64,000 nt of DNA, taken from assembly GCF_006345805.1 (NCBI RefSeq), contig NC_043002.1, forward strand, positions 27,590,001-27,654,000, given 5' to 3'. The first letter of the stretch is position 1, and the number at the start of each line of letters is the position of its first letter. Positions 12,523 to 25,499 of the stretch are shown piece by piece. Source of the DNA: Octopus sinensis (taxonomy: Eukaryota). A program made the translations under genes and the position numbers. Below the pieces are notes generated by a model. The model was not told the DNA's origin, searched no databases, and saw nothing but the letters and a program-made list of their open reading frames with translations.

Positions 12523-12615
12523 TATTTCTTCCTGAAGAGAAAGACACAATATGGTCTCATTATTCAATCGGATTTTGGTAAATTGTGCCTTTCGAAACAC
12601 GTGTAGAATGAAATA
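12523..12615 (+). ncRNA. Type I hammerhead ribozyme, canonical core, long helix II
   Basis: TATTTCTTC-CTGAAGA-GAAAGaCACAAT..ATTGTGcCTTTC-GAAAC ACGT GTA-GAAtGAAATA; palindromic helix III ACACGUGU; predicted cleavage after 12605. Confidence 0.85.
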
Positions 12616-12820
12616 AAACGATTTCTGTTCAATCTTCGTTCAGCTCCATTTCTTCAATTCACCAATAATATTTTAACTTCAATTATCCGCCAACGCACGG
12701 TTGCAACACCATATGGTTGTACCTCCAACCGTACTGTCTTCTGCTGTGATTTTTGCTACCAAGGTATCGGTTAAACTTTTGATTAATCTGCTACAAGATT
12801 ATTCATCTTTATATATATAC

Positions 12821-12876
<56 letters not shown>

Positions 12877-12877
12877 T

Positions 12878-13030
12878 CACGTGATCACGTGACCGACCAG
12901 GCTATCGGATGTTGCTACACATCGCTGGTTACAATGCGTTTCACATTGTTTTAGTCCTGTCTGGGAATCGAAACTGCAATCCTATGACCGCGAGTCCGCT
13001 GCCCTTACCACTGGGCCATTGCGCCTCCAC
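12878..13030 (-). mobile_element. SINE family C (tRNA-like head), internally deleted copy
   Basis: Reverse complement of ggcgcaatggcccagtggtaagggcagcggactcgcggtcataggattgcagtttcgattcccagac. Confidence 0.75.
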
Positions 13031-13679
13031 ATATATATATGTGTATGTGTGTGTGTGTGTGTGTTTGTGTGCGTGTGTATATATATAATATATATATATA
13101 TATATATCAGCAGCAGCATGCACTTACGCCAAGCAATACATCACAAATATAATAGAGACCATGATGAAAAATGTTTTCAAACGTCACTTTTATACACCTT
13201 TCTTCATAAAATTCGATGTTTGACACTTGAAAGCAACATAATGGCAAAATTCTCACTTAGTTGAAAGTACACTAGCTGCAGTATTTAAAATAAAACTATA
13301 TTTTGCTGTTTGTAACAACTGGAAGAAAACAGTAGGCTGTCAAATAAATAAATAAACAGTAAGCTGTCAAATGAATAAATAAACCAGTTATAATATAACT
13401 AGTAGTATTTATCAGATTTGCTGTTCTGCTTGTTATAAATAGCGGGTTTGCATTTCATACATAACAGTGCCAATGTCAAAATAGTTCATTCGTCTTGGAA
13501 AATTACTGTTCGAGTGTTCCAAACCTGAAAAAGGCTGGCAAGTGAAAGAGAAAATTATTTATAATGAAAAAATATAGAGTTAGAATAGTTCTTAACCCAT
13601 CTTAACCCATTTCATACACCATCTTGCAATGAAAACTATATGTGTGTGTGTACGTATGTGTTTGTATGTGTGTGTGTGT

Positions 13680-13723
<44 letters not shown>

Positions 13724-14223
13724 TGTGTGTATGTGTGTGTGTTGAGCAGTACAAAACTCGAGGCGGTAGGCACGTTCCTAACCAACAGAAGTTAGCTGTC
13801 AACGCTTTGTGGTGCGTTTATTCTGCAAAGCTGTAACAAAGACAGCTAGAAATTCCCTCACTAAACTGCAAAGAGGGTCAGTATATGGTTGTGCATAAGG
13901 TGGGCACACCAGTGATTTGCTACTGTCAAAATACGAGGTGTGACATGACCAACATCGGCCGTGTCTGCTGTTTCTGAGACTCTACAAGCACCCCAGTGGA
14001 TGTAACTGTGAGCTCCTCGAGATGTATCTTACAATTGAAGAACACAATCTCTCTGGGATGCTATTGTAGATGCTGCTCCAAGCACAACACAAGAGGATAT
14101 CATCACCTTGACAAATACAACGGATCAGCGCGTAAGGTAGGTTGTTGCACGTGGAACATCATACATCATAATCCCATGACTATTTTCATTTGATCGTATT
14201 ATTATGTTTACCATTAAGTCCCT

Positions 14224-14321
<98 letters not shown>

Positions 14322-14837
14322 AGCAGAGCTAAGGATGAGGACTTATCAATCCGGGCAAAGCATTTCGTAAGCTCTCTGTCGGCGGACTTGGCCGACAGTA
14401 TTGTTTAGATTAGTCAATAACTCCAAGTATTCTTATGACAGGGTCCGCGTTTACGGTTCATCACAATTCTGTATTGTAAATTCGTGGTCGGGCTCCAGTC
14501 AAACTGGTTTTTACACAGAGTGTATTCATACTATCCTTCTCTTCGCCTTAATGTAACCTATTTTAACCTATTTTCCTCTTATTCTTTATTCTACTTATCT
14601 CTGTCCTTTTTTTCGTCCCTTCCCCAAACACGTACCATTCCTTCATTGTTCTGCTTTGTTATAACCGGAAATGGCTCTTACGAAAATAGCATTAATATCT
14701 TTAGGTCTTTCAGTTTTTCTCAACTAATCAATAGAACAATTGAGTAGACCAATCTCTAAAGTATTAATATTGACTACGCAATGCCCATTATCTATACCTT
14801 CTCTTATATCTATAACTATCAATCTATTTATCTATAT

Positions 14838-15033
14838 AACGGGAAGGTTTACGAAAATAAACAAAAGACAAAGGCAGGTGGAGTACAAACAAACAATTGT
14901 ATTAGTATGGCACTCAGGAATAGAAATAAAACAAGTCTTTTACGTTTCGAGCCTACGCTCTTCGACAGAAAGAAACACTGAAAAAAACAAGGAGAGAAAA
15001 AAATGCGTGTAGGAGCTAGCGATCTATCATGGC
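14838..15033 (-). mobile_element. Family H: ~195-bp non-autonomous HHR-bearing element
   Basis: Shared consensus gggagagtttacgaaaa..caaaagacgaagacaggtgg..gtcttttacgtttcgagcctacgctcttc.acagaaag..gatctatcatggc; HHR at 14937-14972 (-) with core CUGUCGA. Confidence 0.8.
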
Positions 15034-16205
15034 ATATATATATATATATATCAATTAATTAAAGTAGAATGTGTAGTCAGGAGTTGAATAAATACTCTTT
15101 ATTGATCGATTTCCTCCCATCCAGGGATCCATCATGAATTACAATTTCTTTAACATATTATCTTTTTTTCTTGTGTGTGCATGAGTTAGTTGAAAAATCA
15201 AGGCTTCCATTTTTCTTTTGGATTTTGAAAAGGGATGTTCGGAAATATTTATTCCAAATGTTCTTTGTCATTTTGAATCTATATGCGCGTAGGTTTGTTT
15301 GAACATATGACGCGTGGTGAACTTTTAAACAATAACTAAAATTACAGTACAATTACTGATAAAATAAATTAACTCTTAAAACTTTAACACATAATGATAA
15401 CGTAGTCTCTGTAATACATTCTCACACAGAGACTCAGACACATGTGCGCGCATTTACAAGATTTCTCGAAAGTTTGCTGAATTCTATAGCTTAGCAGCCT
15501 AACAGTTAACCAAATACTCTCTCAGTCATTCAACGACTAAATGCAGCAATCCCAGAAAACACTACTTTATTTCTTTATGCGTTACTTTTTTCTTCCTTCT
15601 CTAACCATGTCTTCCTTTTTGTCTCTCTTACTTTCCCTATTTGTCATGCGCCATACTAGATTATATTCTGCGACCACAATGCACAACCACTGAAGTATAT
15701 GACACTTCAATATCACTCTATGCTTAACAACGGTCCCATTACAATACGAGAAGTAGAATTATTCGTTTCAACCCTAGGGAGCCTCTGTGTCATATCTTGA
15801 CGTTTTAGAAAAACCTAATACTGGCTTACAATGCACAAATTCTCTCATCATAATGAAAAACACTGTGGATAATGTAATCCTAGAAACATAATACATAAAA
15901 ACTACATAATCATTGGATGACTAGAATTGTTGTGATCTACTTGGACAATGTATGCCTGGATCTATATAACATTAATTCCATCAATTAATACGGCTGTTAC
16001 ATACAGATGCAATAAAGGAACCTTCCTACGCAGTCATTCAGAATGCTAGACAAAGTAACAATGTCTACCTCAACTTTTAACTTCCTATTTATATTTTCAG
16101 AAAATATAATATTGTCGTTCATATACCCGCTAAACACAAAGCAGTGTTTTTTTCTAAATGCTATGCCACTGATCACCATGATCGGGAATTTGTGGGTCAC
16201 CAAAA

Positions 16206-16977
16206 CCTATTTCTTTACTACCCACAAGGGGATAAACACCGAGAGGACAAACAATGACAGACAAACGGATTAAGTCGATTATATCGACCCCAGTGCGTAA
16301 CTGGTATTTAATTTATCGACCCCGAAATAATGAAAGGCAAAGTCGATCTCGGCGGAATTTGAACTCAGAACGTAACGGCAGACGAAATACCTATTTCTTT
16401 ACTACCCACAAGGGGCTAAACATAGAGTGGACAAACAAGGACAGACATAGGTATCAAGTCGATTACATCGACCCCAGCGCGTAACTGGTACTTAATTTAT
16501 CGACTCCGAAAGGACGAAAGGCAAAGTTGACCTCGGCGGAATTTGAACTCAGAACGTAGCGGCAGATGAAATACCTATTTCTTTACTACCCACAAGGGGT
16601 TACACAGAGAAGGGACAAACAAGGACAGACAAACGGATTAAGTCGATTATATCGACCCCAGTGCGTAACTGGTATTTAATTTATCGACCCCGAAAGGATG
16701 AAATACAAAGTCGACCTCGGCGGAATTTGAACTCAGAACATAACGGCAGACGAAATACTTATTTCTTTATTACCCACGAGGGGCTAAACATAGAGTGGAC
16801 AAACAAGGACATAGGTATCAAGTCGATTACATCGACCCCAGTGCGTAACTGGTACTTAATTTATCGACCCCGAAAGGACGAAAGGCAAAGTCGACCTCGG
16901 CGGAATTTGAACTCAGAACGCAACTGCAGACGAAATACCGCTAAGCACTTCCCTTGGCGTGCTAATGTTTCTGCCAG
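16206..16977 (-). mobile_element. SINE family B tandem tetramer (one head plus four ~184-bp bodies)
   Basis: Units begin at about 16206, 16390, 16574 and 16758; head ctggcagaaacattagcac..gcttagcggtatttcgtctg at 16935-16977 (-). Confidence 0.9.
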
Positions 16978-17660
16978 AGAACCTGTTAAGCAAAGTAGTC
17001 AAAGCTACTGTCTGAAGAATAGATTATATAGTGCTGGCTGAAGTACTTTTTGTTCTAGATCTTCTCGATTAATGCTGAGCCGTATCTAAACAACGACGAA
17101 AAATAAGTTGGAAAGTCTCTTAAGAAAATTTAGTCATGGCTGCACTACGTCTAAAACAAACGCGAGGTTGGTTAATGTCAGAAACACTGATTTAATGTGA
17201 GCTCAACTAAAGATGACCAGGTACCAAGCAATAAAAACAATACTCTAAATTGAAATTTGGTCTTTCTGAGCAGTTAGTAATGACATACGAGCTTGTACTA
17301 AAGTAACAAGCTATGAAATACCTACTTTTATAACCTCATGAGGATATCTTTTGAATTTAATAGGAATCCTGAGAATTTACAAAGTTAATATCTAAAGTAA
17401 CACCAGCTTTTGTACCATTATAACGTTAAAGAAACCAGTAAAATTTATTAATACAAGGTGAGGCAACGTAAAGTTACAAGCAATTCTCGAACGTCTCCTC
17501 TCTTTCTCTCTCTCTCTCTCACTTTCTTCTTTTTTTCTATCTCTTTCCCTATTTATCTACTGCTGCCTCGCAAATACAAACATGCACAAGTACATGCAGG
17601 TATATATATACATACATGTATATATATATACACCACACATATATATATATATATATAATA

Positions 17661-17694
<34 letters not shown>

Positions 17695-17724
17695 ATATAT
17701 ATTTATATACATGTGTGTGTGCAT

Positions 17725-17920
17725 GGACACAGGCGTGGCTGTATGGTAAGAATCTTGCTTCCCAACCACATGGTTCTTGGTTCAGTACCACTGTGTGGCA
17801 CCCTGGGCAAATGTCTTCTATAAAACCTTGTGAGAGGATTTGGCAGATGGAAACTGAAAGAATCGCGTCTTTGTATATATATATGTACATATACATATAT
17901 GTACATATATATACATATAC

Positions 17921-17953
<33 letters not shown>

Positions 17954-18292
17954 TGTATGTATGTATGTATGTATGTATGTATGTATGTATGTATGTATGT
18001 ATGTATGTATGTATGTATGTATGTATGTATGTATGTATGTATGTATGTATGTATGTATCTATGCATGTATGTATGTAGTGATGTGTGTGTGTTTGTGTCT
18101 GTGTTTTCCCCCACCGTCGCTTGACAGCCGATGTTGGTGCATTTATGTCCCCGTCACCTAACGGTTCGGCAAAAGAATCCGCTAGAATAAGTACTAAGCT
18201 TACAAAGAATAAGTCCTGGAGTCGTTTAAGGCGGTGCTCCGACGTGGTCCCAGTCAAATGACTGAAACACGTAAAATAATTAAAGAACAAAA
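17725..18292 (+). mobile_element. SINE family A with expanded internal (TATG)n
   Basis: Head 17725-17870, (TATG)n about 17925-18060, tail to 18292. Confidence 0.85.
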
Positions 18293-18790
18293 GAATATAT
18301 ATATTTATATATTTATATATATGTATGTATGTATTTGTGTCTATATATAGTTGTGTGTGCGTGCATGTGTGCGTACCTGTGTGTGTGCAGTGTTTTCTTA
18401 AAGATACATCTGCACATATCGAGTCGCCGAGTTTCGATGTAGTTTGGCTGGGTGCTTAAGGAGCACGGCTCACAATCACCAGGTATCAAGTTCAATTATA
18501 CTGCCTGTTATGTTTTTCAAATGTATATATTCTTCTATAGACACCGATCGACACATACGCTGTGAATGAAATTATGATAGGCAAACATCGAACAGAAACC
18601 ACTAAAGTGGTTAGTACCTGTAATTAAAAATGTGCAATCTTCTTTATATTGTATCGTTGTGAAATTACCTGACATATATTAAGAGTACAAATGTGTATGT
18701 GTGAAAATCTCAGGCTGTTAGGAGCAGGTAAGTTAGTTGTTCGAAAAACTGAATCGTAAATAAATTTGGACCTACACACAAACACACCCA

Positions 18791-18845
<55 letters not shown>

Positions 18846-19464
18846 GCTCACACACGCACATACACATATTTATCAGAATTAAACGCCACGTTGAATATAA
18901 TGCAACAATTTGTAGAAACATATCACACTTGTATATCTTATTTCCTTTTGTAAGGTCTGAATACAACGGTTTTGTTTATAGGTTTTCAAATCATCCTTAT
19001 ATAAACGTGTGTGTGTGTGTATATAAATATATATATGTGTGAGTGTGTGTATAGGTAAATATATATGCATCTAAGTGTATGCGTATATAAACATAAACAT
19101 ATATACATATCTGTACATATATAAATATACACAGACATGTATGAAGTGAGAGCACGTAACTTACCACACACTTGCGCACGCACACATACTCATACAGACC
19201 GCACACACATTCACACTCTCGCTTCCCTCTTTTGACCGACATATTGAAAAGTTTCTTTCACACATTGAACCTAGTACAAATCTTAGTATGCTGTTTTTTT
19301 ATATCTTTCTATATAGCAAACCGATAAATTTACCGAAATAACCAATAAGACCAGCATTCCCGTGGTGTTGTTTGGCTACATTCCCCAAAATAGCTTTAAA
19401 TCATCCAGAAAGGGGCTTTCACAACCTTGATGATATGGCCTTTCCGACTAATATAGTTTCCCCC

Positions 19465-19499
<35 letters not shown>

Positions 19500-19501
<2 letters not shown>

Positions 19502-19860
19502 GTGTAGGAGTGGCAGTGTCGCACCTTGGGCAAGTGTCTTCTACTATTGCCTCGGGCCGACCAAAGCCTCGTGAGTGGATTTGGTAGATGGAAACTGAAA
19601 GAACCCCGTCGTACATATGTATATAAATGTGCGTGTGTGTGTGTGTGTGTATTTTTGTGTCTATGTTTGTTCCCCCAACATCACTTGACAATCGATGCTG
19701 GTGTGTTTACGTCCACGTAACGTAGCGGTTCGGCAAAAGAGACGGATAGAATAAGTACTAGGCTTACAAAGAATAAATCCTGGGGTCGATTTGCTCGACT
19801 AAAGGTGATGCTCCAGCATGGCCTCAGTCAAATGACTGAAACAAGTAAAAGAGAGTAGAG
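19500..19860 (+). mobile_element. SINE family A with shortened head
   Basis: CORE-like segment and tail match the family. Confidence 0.85.
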
Positions 19861-19921
19861 AGTATACACATATATATACACACATGCATAAATGTGTATG
19901 TGTATGTATATATATATATAG

Positions 19922-19958
<37 letters not shown>

Positions 19959-20329
19959 CATAAATAAATGCATTCATAACGAAATTGTTCACTTACTTCG
20001 CTCAGTATTTAAGGATAATTAATTAGCCTATTAGTATTTCTACTTGACAGTTCCAACAGACTTTTGATAATCTATCATAAATTTGCAGCTGGTGGTTAGT
20101 GAATTTATTATTCAGTTTGTACTTAATAACAGTGTTCAGCTGCTCAATATTTTTCCTGAGTTTGCAATATATGTCTGGTTATTTATTTTCAATACGGCCT
20201 TTCTCCACTACTCTCGTCTGCTCGTCTGTTGGCGAATCGTAACTGCTGCTTAATATAGCTGAACATCTCTGCTAACTATGATTCAACTCTTTGATTCCAT
20301 CAGTTTTCTATCGATTCGTGTGTTTGTTA

Positions 20330-20935
20330 TTTTCTCATGTAATTGTTTGTTAAGCTGGAGTTTCCACATTATCAACAAATTCGACATCGCTCGCAAGACG
20401 TGCTTCGGATCCTCAGAAATTTTCGGTCAAGAGACGTTCCTACCATTATCCTTCTCTTCTTCACATTCACTTCTTCTCACCTTGAATACTGTTGGCATTC
20501 TTTCACGAAAGAAAATATTATAAGAACTGAAGCGCCCCGGTGATTGTTCACAAGAAAAATACACATCCCAGGTATTGATTATTGGGATTGTCTGGAGAAC
20601 CTCAAACTTTACTCACCCCAAAACCGCCGTATTGTCCAAATGATACTGGTACCAACTTTAAAAATCACCCAAGTCTTGGCCCAGTTGCCATCCGTCCTCT
20701 ACAAAAACTATGTTTTCATCACATTTAAAAGCAGAGACAGAACAATTTCAACTTAACTGGACTTGCTCATGCCAAGACACATAAGTGAAGATCGCATACC
20801 ATTGAAAGTGTTCCTGTAAGAATATCTCCAGCAAATTCCAGATAAACCGTTTGCACCCAGATATATCTCTGCAAACAATTACTCTTTGTTCGAATGGGCT
20901 ATGTGTACTCAAAAAATTACGAATATGAAACAGCA
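20330..20935 (+). pseudogene. CR1-like LINE ORF2 3' relic
   Basis: SSHLEYCW..FTRKI..IDYWDCLENLKLYSPQNRR; ..YLQQIPDKP. Confidence 0.65.
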
Positions 20936-21679
20936 TAAAATGTCTTATTCGGGTGGTGGTATTAAGTTAGCCATGGCCTGGGCCAATTTTGGTAGCAACT
21001 TTTGTAATGAATTCGAAGTATTCTATGTATACTGTTCCCTATATATATATATAATTATATCTTAAAATGTGGTGGCTATTCTCTGAATTGAAGCTATAGC
21101 AATGTTGGATTGTATATGTAAGGATGAAGTTATTTTTAAAAGTCTGTTTTTTTAAGAGTCAACCTGTATGTAGGTCGGTCGCAAAACATATCTCATCAAC
21201 GTACATTGTGCAGATAGAGCATTTTATTTGAGAAAGACTTTGCTTTCTACATTGGCTATGTTGAATGTTACCAAATTGGGCTTGAATAGAAACACATAGC
21301 CGCACGTTATCATCAGTGTTTACAATGAACTTGAAGAGAATACAGATGCACAAACCAAAAGGGAGTTTTCTGGCATGATTCTTGACATGAAAGCTGATTA
21401 TTTTCTATGATGTATATACTGTAGATAATGTTTTATAGTTCTCGTATAAGATTATACTTACGGTTCTCGTTATCGGGATACTAGAGAAAATATTTTAAAA
21501 TCCTTTGGTGAAAATGTTGCCATCGTTATCACTTCCCTTTAGAATTTCTAGAAATTCATGAGATTTTCGTGTAGTAAGGTTTTCTAGTAACATGGTGATT
21601 TTATACGAAGATGAATTCATTCAGAAAAATATAGCTCCGAATGGTTTAATAGGTTATTAACTGAAAAGAATCATAGATG

Positions 21680-23900
21680 TTTGCAGACTTAAACTTTCAC
21701 TGTATTGCTGGAAAGTGATAGATCCTGCTTGAATGTTTGCAGAAATATATATATTTCAGTTTAGATTTTAGCTGATCCATCCGGCTATTCACTTGCACAT
21801 TGCCACTATCTTAGTGATATGCATATGACAGAAAGCATCGTTGCTTTCTGTCATATAAGGCGGCGAGCTGGGAGAAACGTTAGCACGCTGGGCGAAATGC
21901 TTAGCGGTATTTCGTCTGCCGCTACGTTCTGAGTTCAAATTCCGCTGAGGTCAACTTTGCCTTTCGTCCTTTCGGGGTCAATTAAATAAGTACCAGTTAC
22001 GCACTGGGTCGATATAATCTACTGCCCCTTCTGGACAGTAACAAAATAGGTATTTCATCTGCCGCTACGTTCTGAGTTCAAATTCCGCCGAGGTCGACTT
22101 TGTATTTCATCCTTTCGGGGTCGATAAATTAAGTACCAGTTACGCACTGGGGTTGATGTAATCGACTTAATCCCTTTTTCTGTCCTTGTTTGTCCCTCTG
22201 TGTTTAGCCCCTTGTGGGCAATAAAGAAATAAGAAAGCATCGTTGTTCATATCAATCTCCAGATCATGCATTGCACATAACTCTGGGATTGCCGCTTCTT
22301 TTGTTCCGAAGTATTGCTGTCACAGCTTCTGAGCTTGTAGCGTAGCGCTTGGAATTTACCTGCATTAAATTGCATATCGTTTTCTTCAGCCCATTTATAT
22401 ATAGCATATAAGCTTTTCTGTAAGAAGGTTCCTTGACTGCTTCTACTACTTTTGTGTGGTCGGCATGGCTAGTAAAAGTCTCCATGAACAGCAAAGGTCC
22501 CAATACAGTTCTTTGAGGCACTCTCCATGAATGTCTCCTTGGAGAGGGCTCCATTGCCTGCCACAGACTGACCTTTGTCTTTACAGAAGTCATACAACTA
22601 CTCTCCCAGTTTTCCAGCAATGCCGAGTCTACGTAGCTTGTGCCATAACATCCTCTGATCACCCTTACAAAGGCTTTTGCAAAATCGAGATATATCACAA
22701 CCAGGTTTGAACGATTCATTAATTGGCTCAACATCCAGTCATAATCCTGCAAAAGCTTGGTAAGGCAACTTTTACTTGAGCGGAAGCCATGCTGGGTGCC
22801 AGATAGCAAGTCATTATCTTCACGGGATGCAATCAGTTTGTTCCTAACAATGTGTTCCGTGACTTTCATGACATAAGAGTTTAAAGAGACAGGTCTGTAA
22901 TTTTTAACATCTACTCTGCTACCTCCCTTATAGATATGATATATACCTTCCTTTAACTATTTGGGAAGGCTCTCAGTTGCGAAGAAGCTCTGGAAGAGAA
23001 TCTGAACTGGTCTTTCTAGAGCCCCTTTTCATTTAATTAGGATGATTGCTGGGAATCCGTCAGCGCCTGTGGCTGAGTTTGGACTCATTTCATCGATAAA
23101 TGATCTTACATCTATTTTGGTGCTATCAGAAATTGTCATTTCTTTATGTAGAGCTGTTGTGCCGCAGAAGTCATCAGGCATAGCTACTTGCAAGTGCTCC
23201 ATGGGCGCGTTGAAATCACTCTCGGTATTGCACATTCAGTATTTCAGTGATCTTCTGGCGGTCTACAGTTAGCGAGCTATTTTCTTCCAACAGTGGCTCT
23301 ATCTTGTACTATACTGAAGCAGACTCTTTTGCATATCTATAAATGGCTTTGGGATTTGTCTTAATAATTTTGACAGCCCTGACCTCTTTTTCTGCTCTCT
23401 CCTTTTTATGGGAGTCTTTGATCTCTACGATCTCTAACAGATCATTTGTTATCCCTAAGTAGCCTAGTTAGACGGTTCGAGATTTTTGCTCTTCGTCTCA
23501 TTAAAACCGTCCTATTCCTAGGAATTATATTTTTCAGTTGGTTTGGCATTGTGTCTAGAGCAAACTTACTGCATATGTCATGCATGATTGTCATAAAGCG
23601 CTGAAGCTTTATGTCAATATCTTGTGTAGAGTGAATGGAAGACCAGTTTTCTTCTAGGACCTCTTTCTCAATAACATTCCAATCAGCTTTGTAAAAGAGC
23701 AAACTGGAGAGTAGTTGGGTGCTTCTAGCAGATTGCATGTCTGTAATCTTCTGTGGACTGTACATTGTTATTATATGTATATATATATATATATGGAGAG
23801 AGAAAGAAAGAGACAGAGTTCCCACATATCACGTTGGTCTACGTTCATTTCGACATCTGGCGCATTGTACACTTCTGCACCTGTAGAGACAATGTCGATT
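21680..23900 (-). pseudogene. CR1-like LINE ORF2 relic (EN-linker-RT), interrupted by a SINE B dimer
   Basis: FYKADWNVIEK; YRPVSL..KVTEHIVRNKL..TQHGFRSSKSCLTKLL..VIYLDFAKAF; continues across the SINE as DLEIDMNNDAF/HITKIVAMCK*IAGWI. Confidence 0.8.
21859..22231 (+). mobile_element. SINE family B dimer with 14-bp TSD
   Basis: Head ggcggcgagctgggagaaacgttagc; two bodies; TSD agaaagcatcgttg at 21830-21843 and 22232-22245. Confidence 0.9.
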
Positions 23901-24245
23901 TAATGGAAACAGTGAGCTAATAGAAACACAAACATTTGATCACTATAAACAAAGAATCTGTGCGTTTGTTCAGCAAAATATTGCGTGTCCCCCCAACCCA
24001 ACGCCGTCGCTTGATAACGGTTGATAATATACATAGAGAGAGAGAAATAAAAAGATCTATGCATGTACATAAGCAAATACATACATAAAATGCATAGTCG
24101 TACTCTCTCACAAACACACAAACACTCACACACATATATATGTGTATGCGTATATATATATATGTATGTATATACATATATATATATATATTTATTTATA
24201 TATGTATGTGTATATATATAAATATATATGCGCATATGCATATGC

Positions 24246-24276
<31 letters not shown>

Positions 24277-24284
24277 AATGCAGG

Positions 24285-24318
<34 letters not shown>

Positions 24319-24589
24319 CGTGTGTGTGTGTGTATGTGTGTATGTGATTGTGTATGTATACATGGTCACATACGCTTCAGTTCGTGTGCACTAATGTAGG
24401 TATATTTAGTCATGTTCGAATATGTGCCTAAGCAATTAACGCAGTGACAATCTTGTGTATTAAATAAAAGCGAATTTCCGTTTCGTTGTTAATGGAAAAC
24501 TGCTAAAAGATGACACAGTGATAAAAAAATTCCATTGTAACCTTTTAGACATGTCTTTAATTATATTTCTACACACACTGACACTCTCT

Positions 24590-24662
24590 CTCTTTCGCCT
24601 TCTTTTTCTCTCCCTATATATATATATAATTTCCTTTCTCCCTTGTATTTTTCGTTCCTGTA

Positions 24663-24720
<58 letters not shown>

Positions 24721-25015
24721 GTTTCTCTTTAATTCCCTTCCCCTGTATTTTCTCTCTCTCTCTCTCTCTCTCTCGTCTCTCGTCTCCTCTCCTCTCTTTC
24801 TCTCTCTGTTTCTCTTTACTTCCCTTCTCTTTATGCACCTGTCGTTTTTTCTCTGTATTTCGCGTTCTCTTACTCTATCTTTCGTTCTCCCTCTCTCCCT
24901 CTTTACCTGCCTCTCCCTTTCTCTCTCCTTCTCTCTTTCCCTCTCTCTCTCTCTCTTCCCACTCTCTCTCTCACTCTCTCTCCATTTTTCTCTATCTCTT
25001 TCTCTCACTCCCTCT
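24590..25015. repeat. Pyrimidine-rich (CT)n tract
   Basis: Direct reading. Confidence 0.9.
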
Positions 25016-25499
25016 CCTATTTTTTAGGATATATTATGGTATACCTGAATGCTATTTTACTAATATTTGAATCTTTGAAAAAATTTACCTTTTGATGACT
25101 TACAAAATTGGCAGAATTAAATACGAACAAATTGCAGAAAAACGTTAACAAATGCACGAAATAAATTTATTATACGTTGTGCGAATTCTCTGTGTTGGTG
25201 AATAACTTCGACTAGAATCCTAGAAAAAAATTTCTATTTGGAAGATTTACAAAATCTGTGATGTTAATTATCGACGATTTTCTAGTCGAAATTATCGAGA
25301 AATGCCAGAAATGAATGTGCTATGTGTCGTTCAAATCATCTAAAGTGATAAAAACAGATTTCACATGGAACTTTCAGAAAAAAATTCAACTTTCAATGAT
25401 TTCGGAAAGTTCCGAGCTAAATATCGACAGGCCTCTTGTTGAAAATGTTGGGGAATACATACAACAAATAAATGTTTTATGTTCTGAAAATCGTTGAAA

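Larger units (their letters stand above)
9269..12675 (+). mobile_element. Penelope-like element (probable Naiad-type), 5'-truncated, with an inverted duplicate of its 3' 1.35 kb
   Basis: 9269-10613 is the reverse complement of 11328-12675 (about ten differences by eye); RT-thumb plus GIY-YIG coding region; HHR in the 3' region; left end in (TA)n. Confidence 0.9.

Noticed and set aside
12960-13030. tRNA-like sequences here and at 47150, 52100, 57780 and 62420
   Set aside because: They are SINE heads attached to SINE bodies, without a complete cloverleaf
13860-14150. Possible Tc1 HTH relic (APSTTQEDII)
   Set aside because: Single weak motif and no TIRs found
16206-16977. Regular repeats resembling a CRISPR array
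   Set aside because: Whole ~184-bp units repeat with no unique spacers; eukaryotic SINE multimer
21150-21410. Possible hAT dimerisation-domain relic
   Set aside because: Needs several frameshifts to resemble the motif
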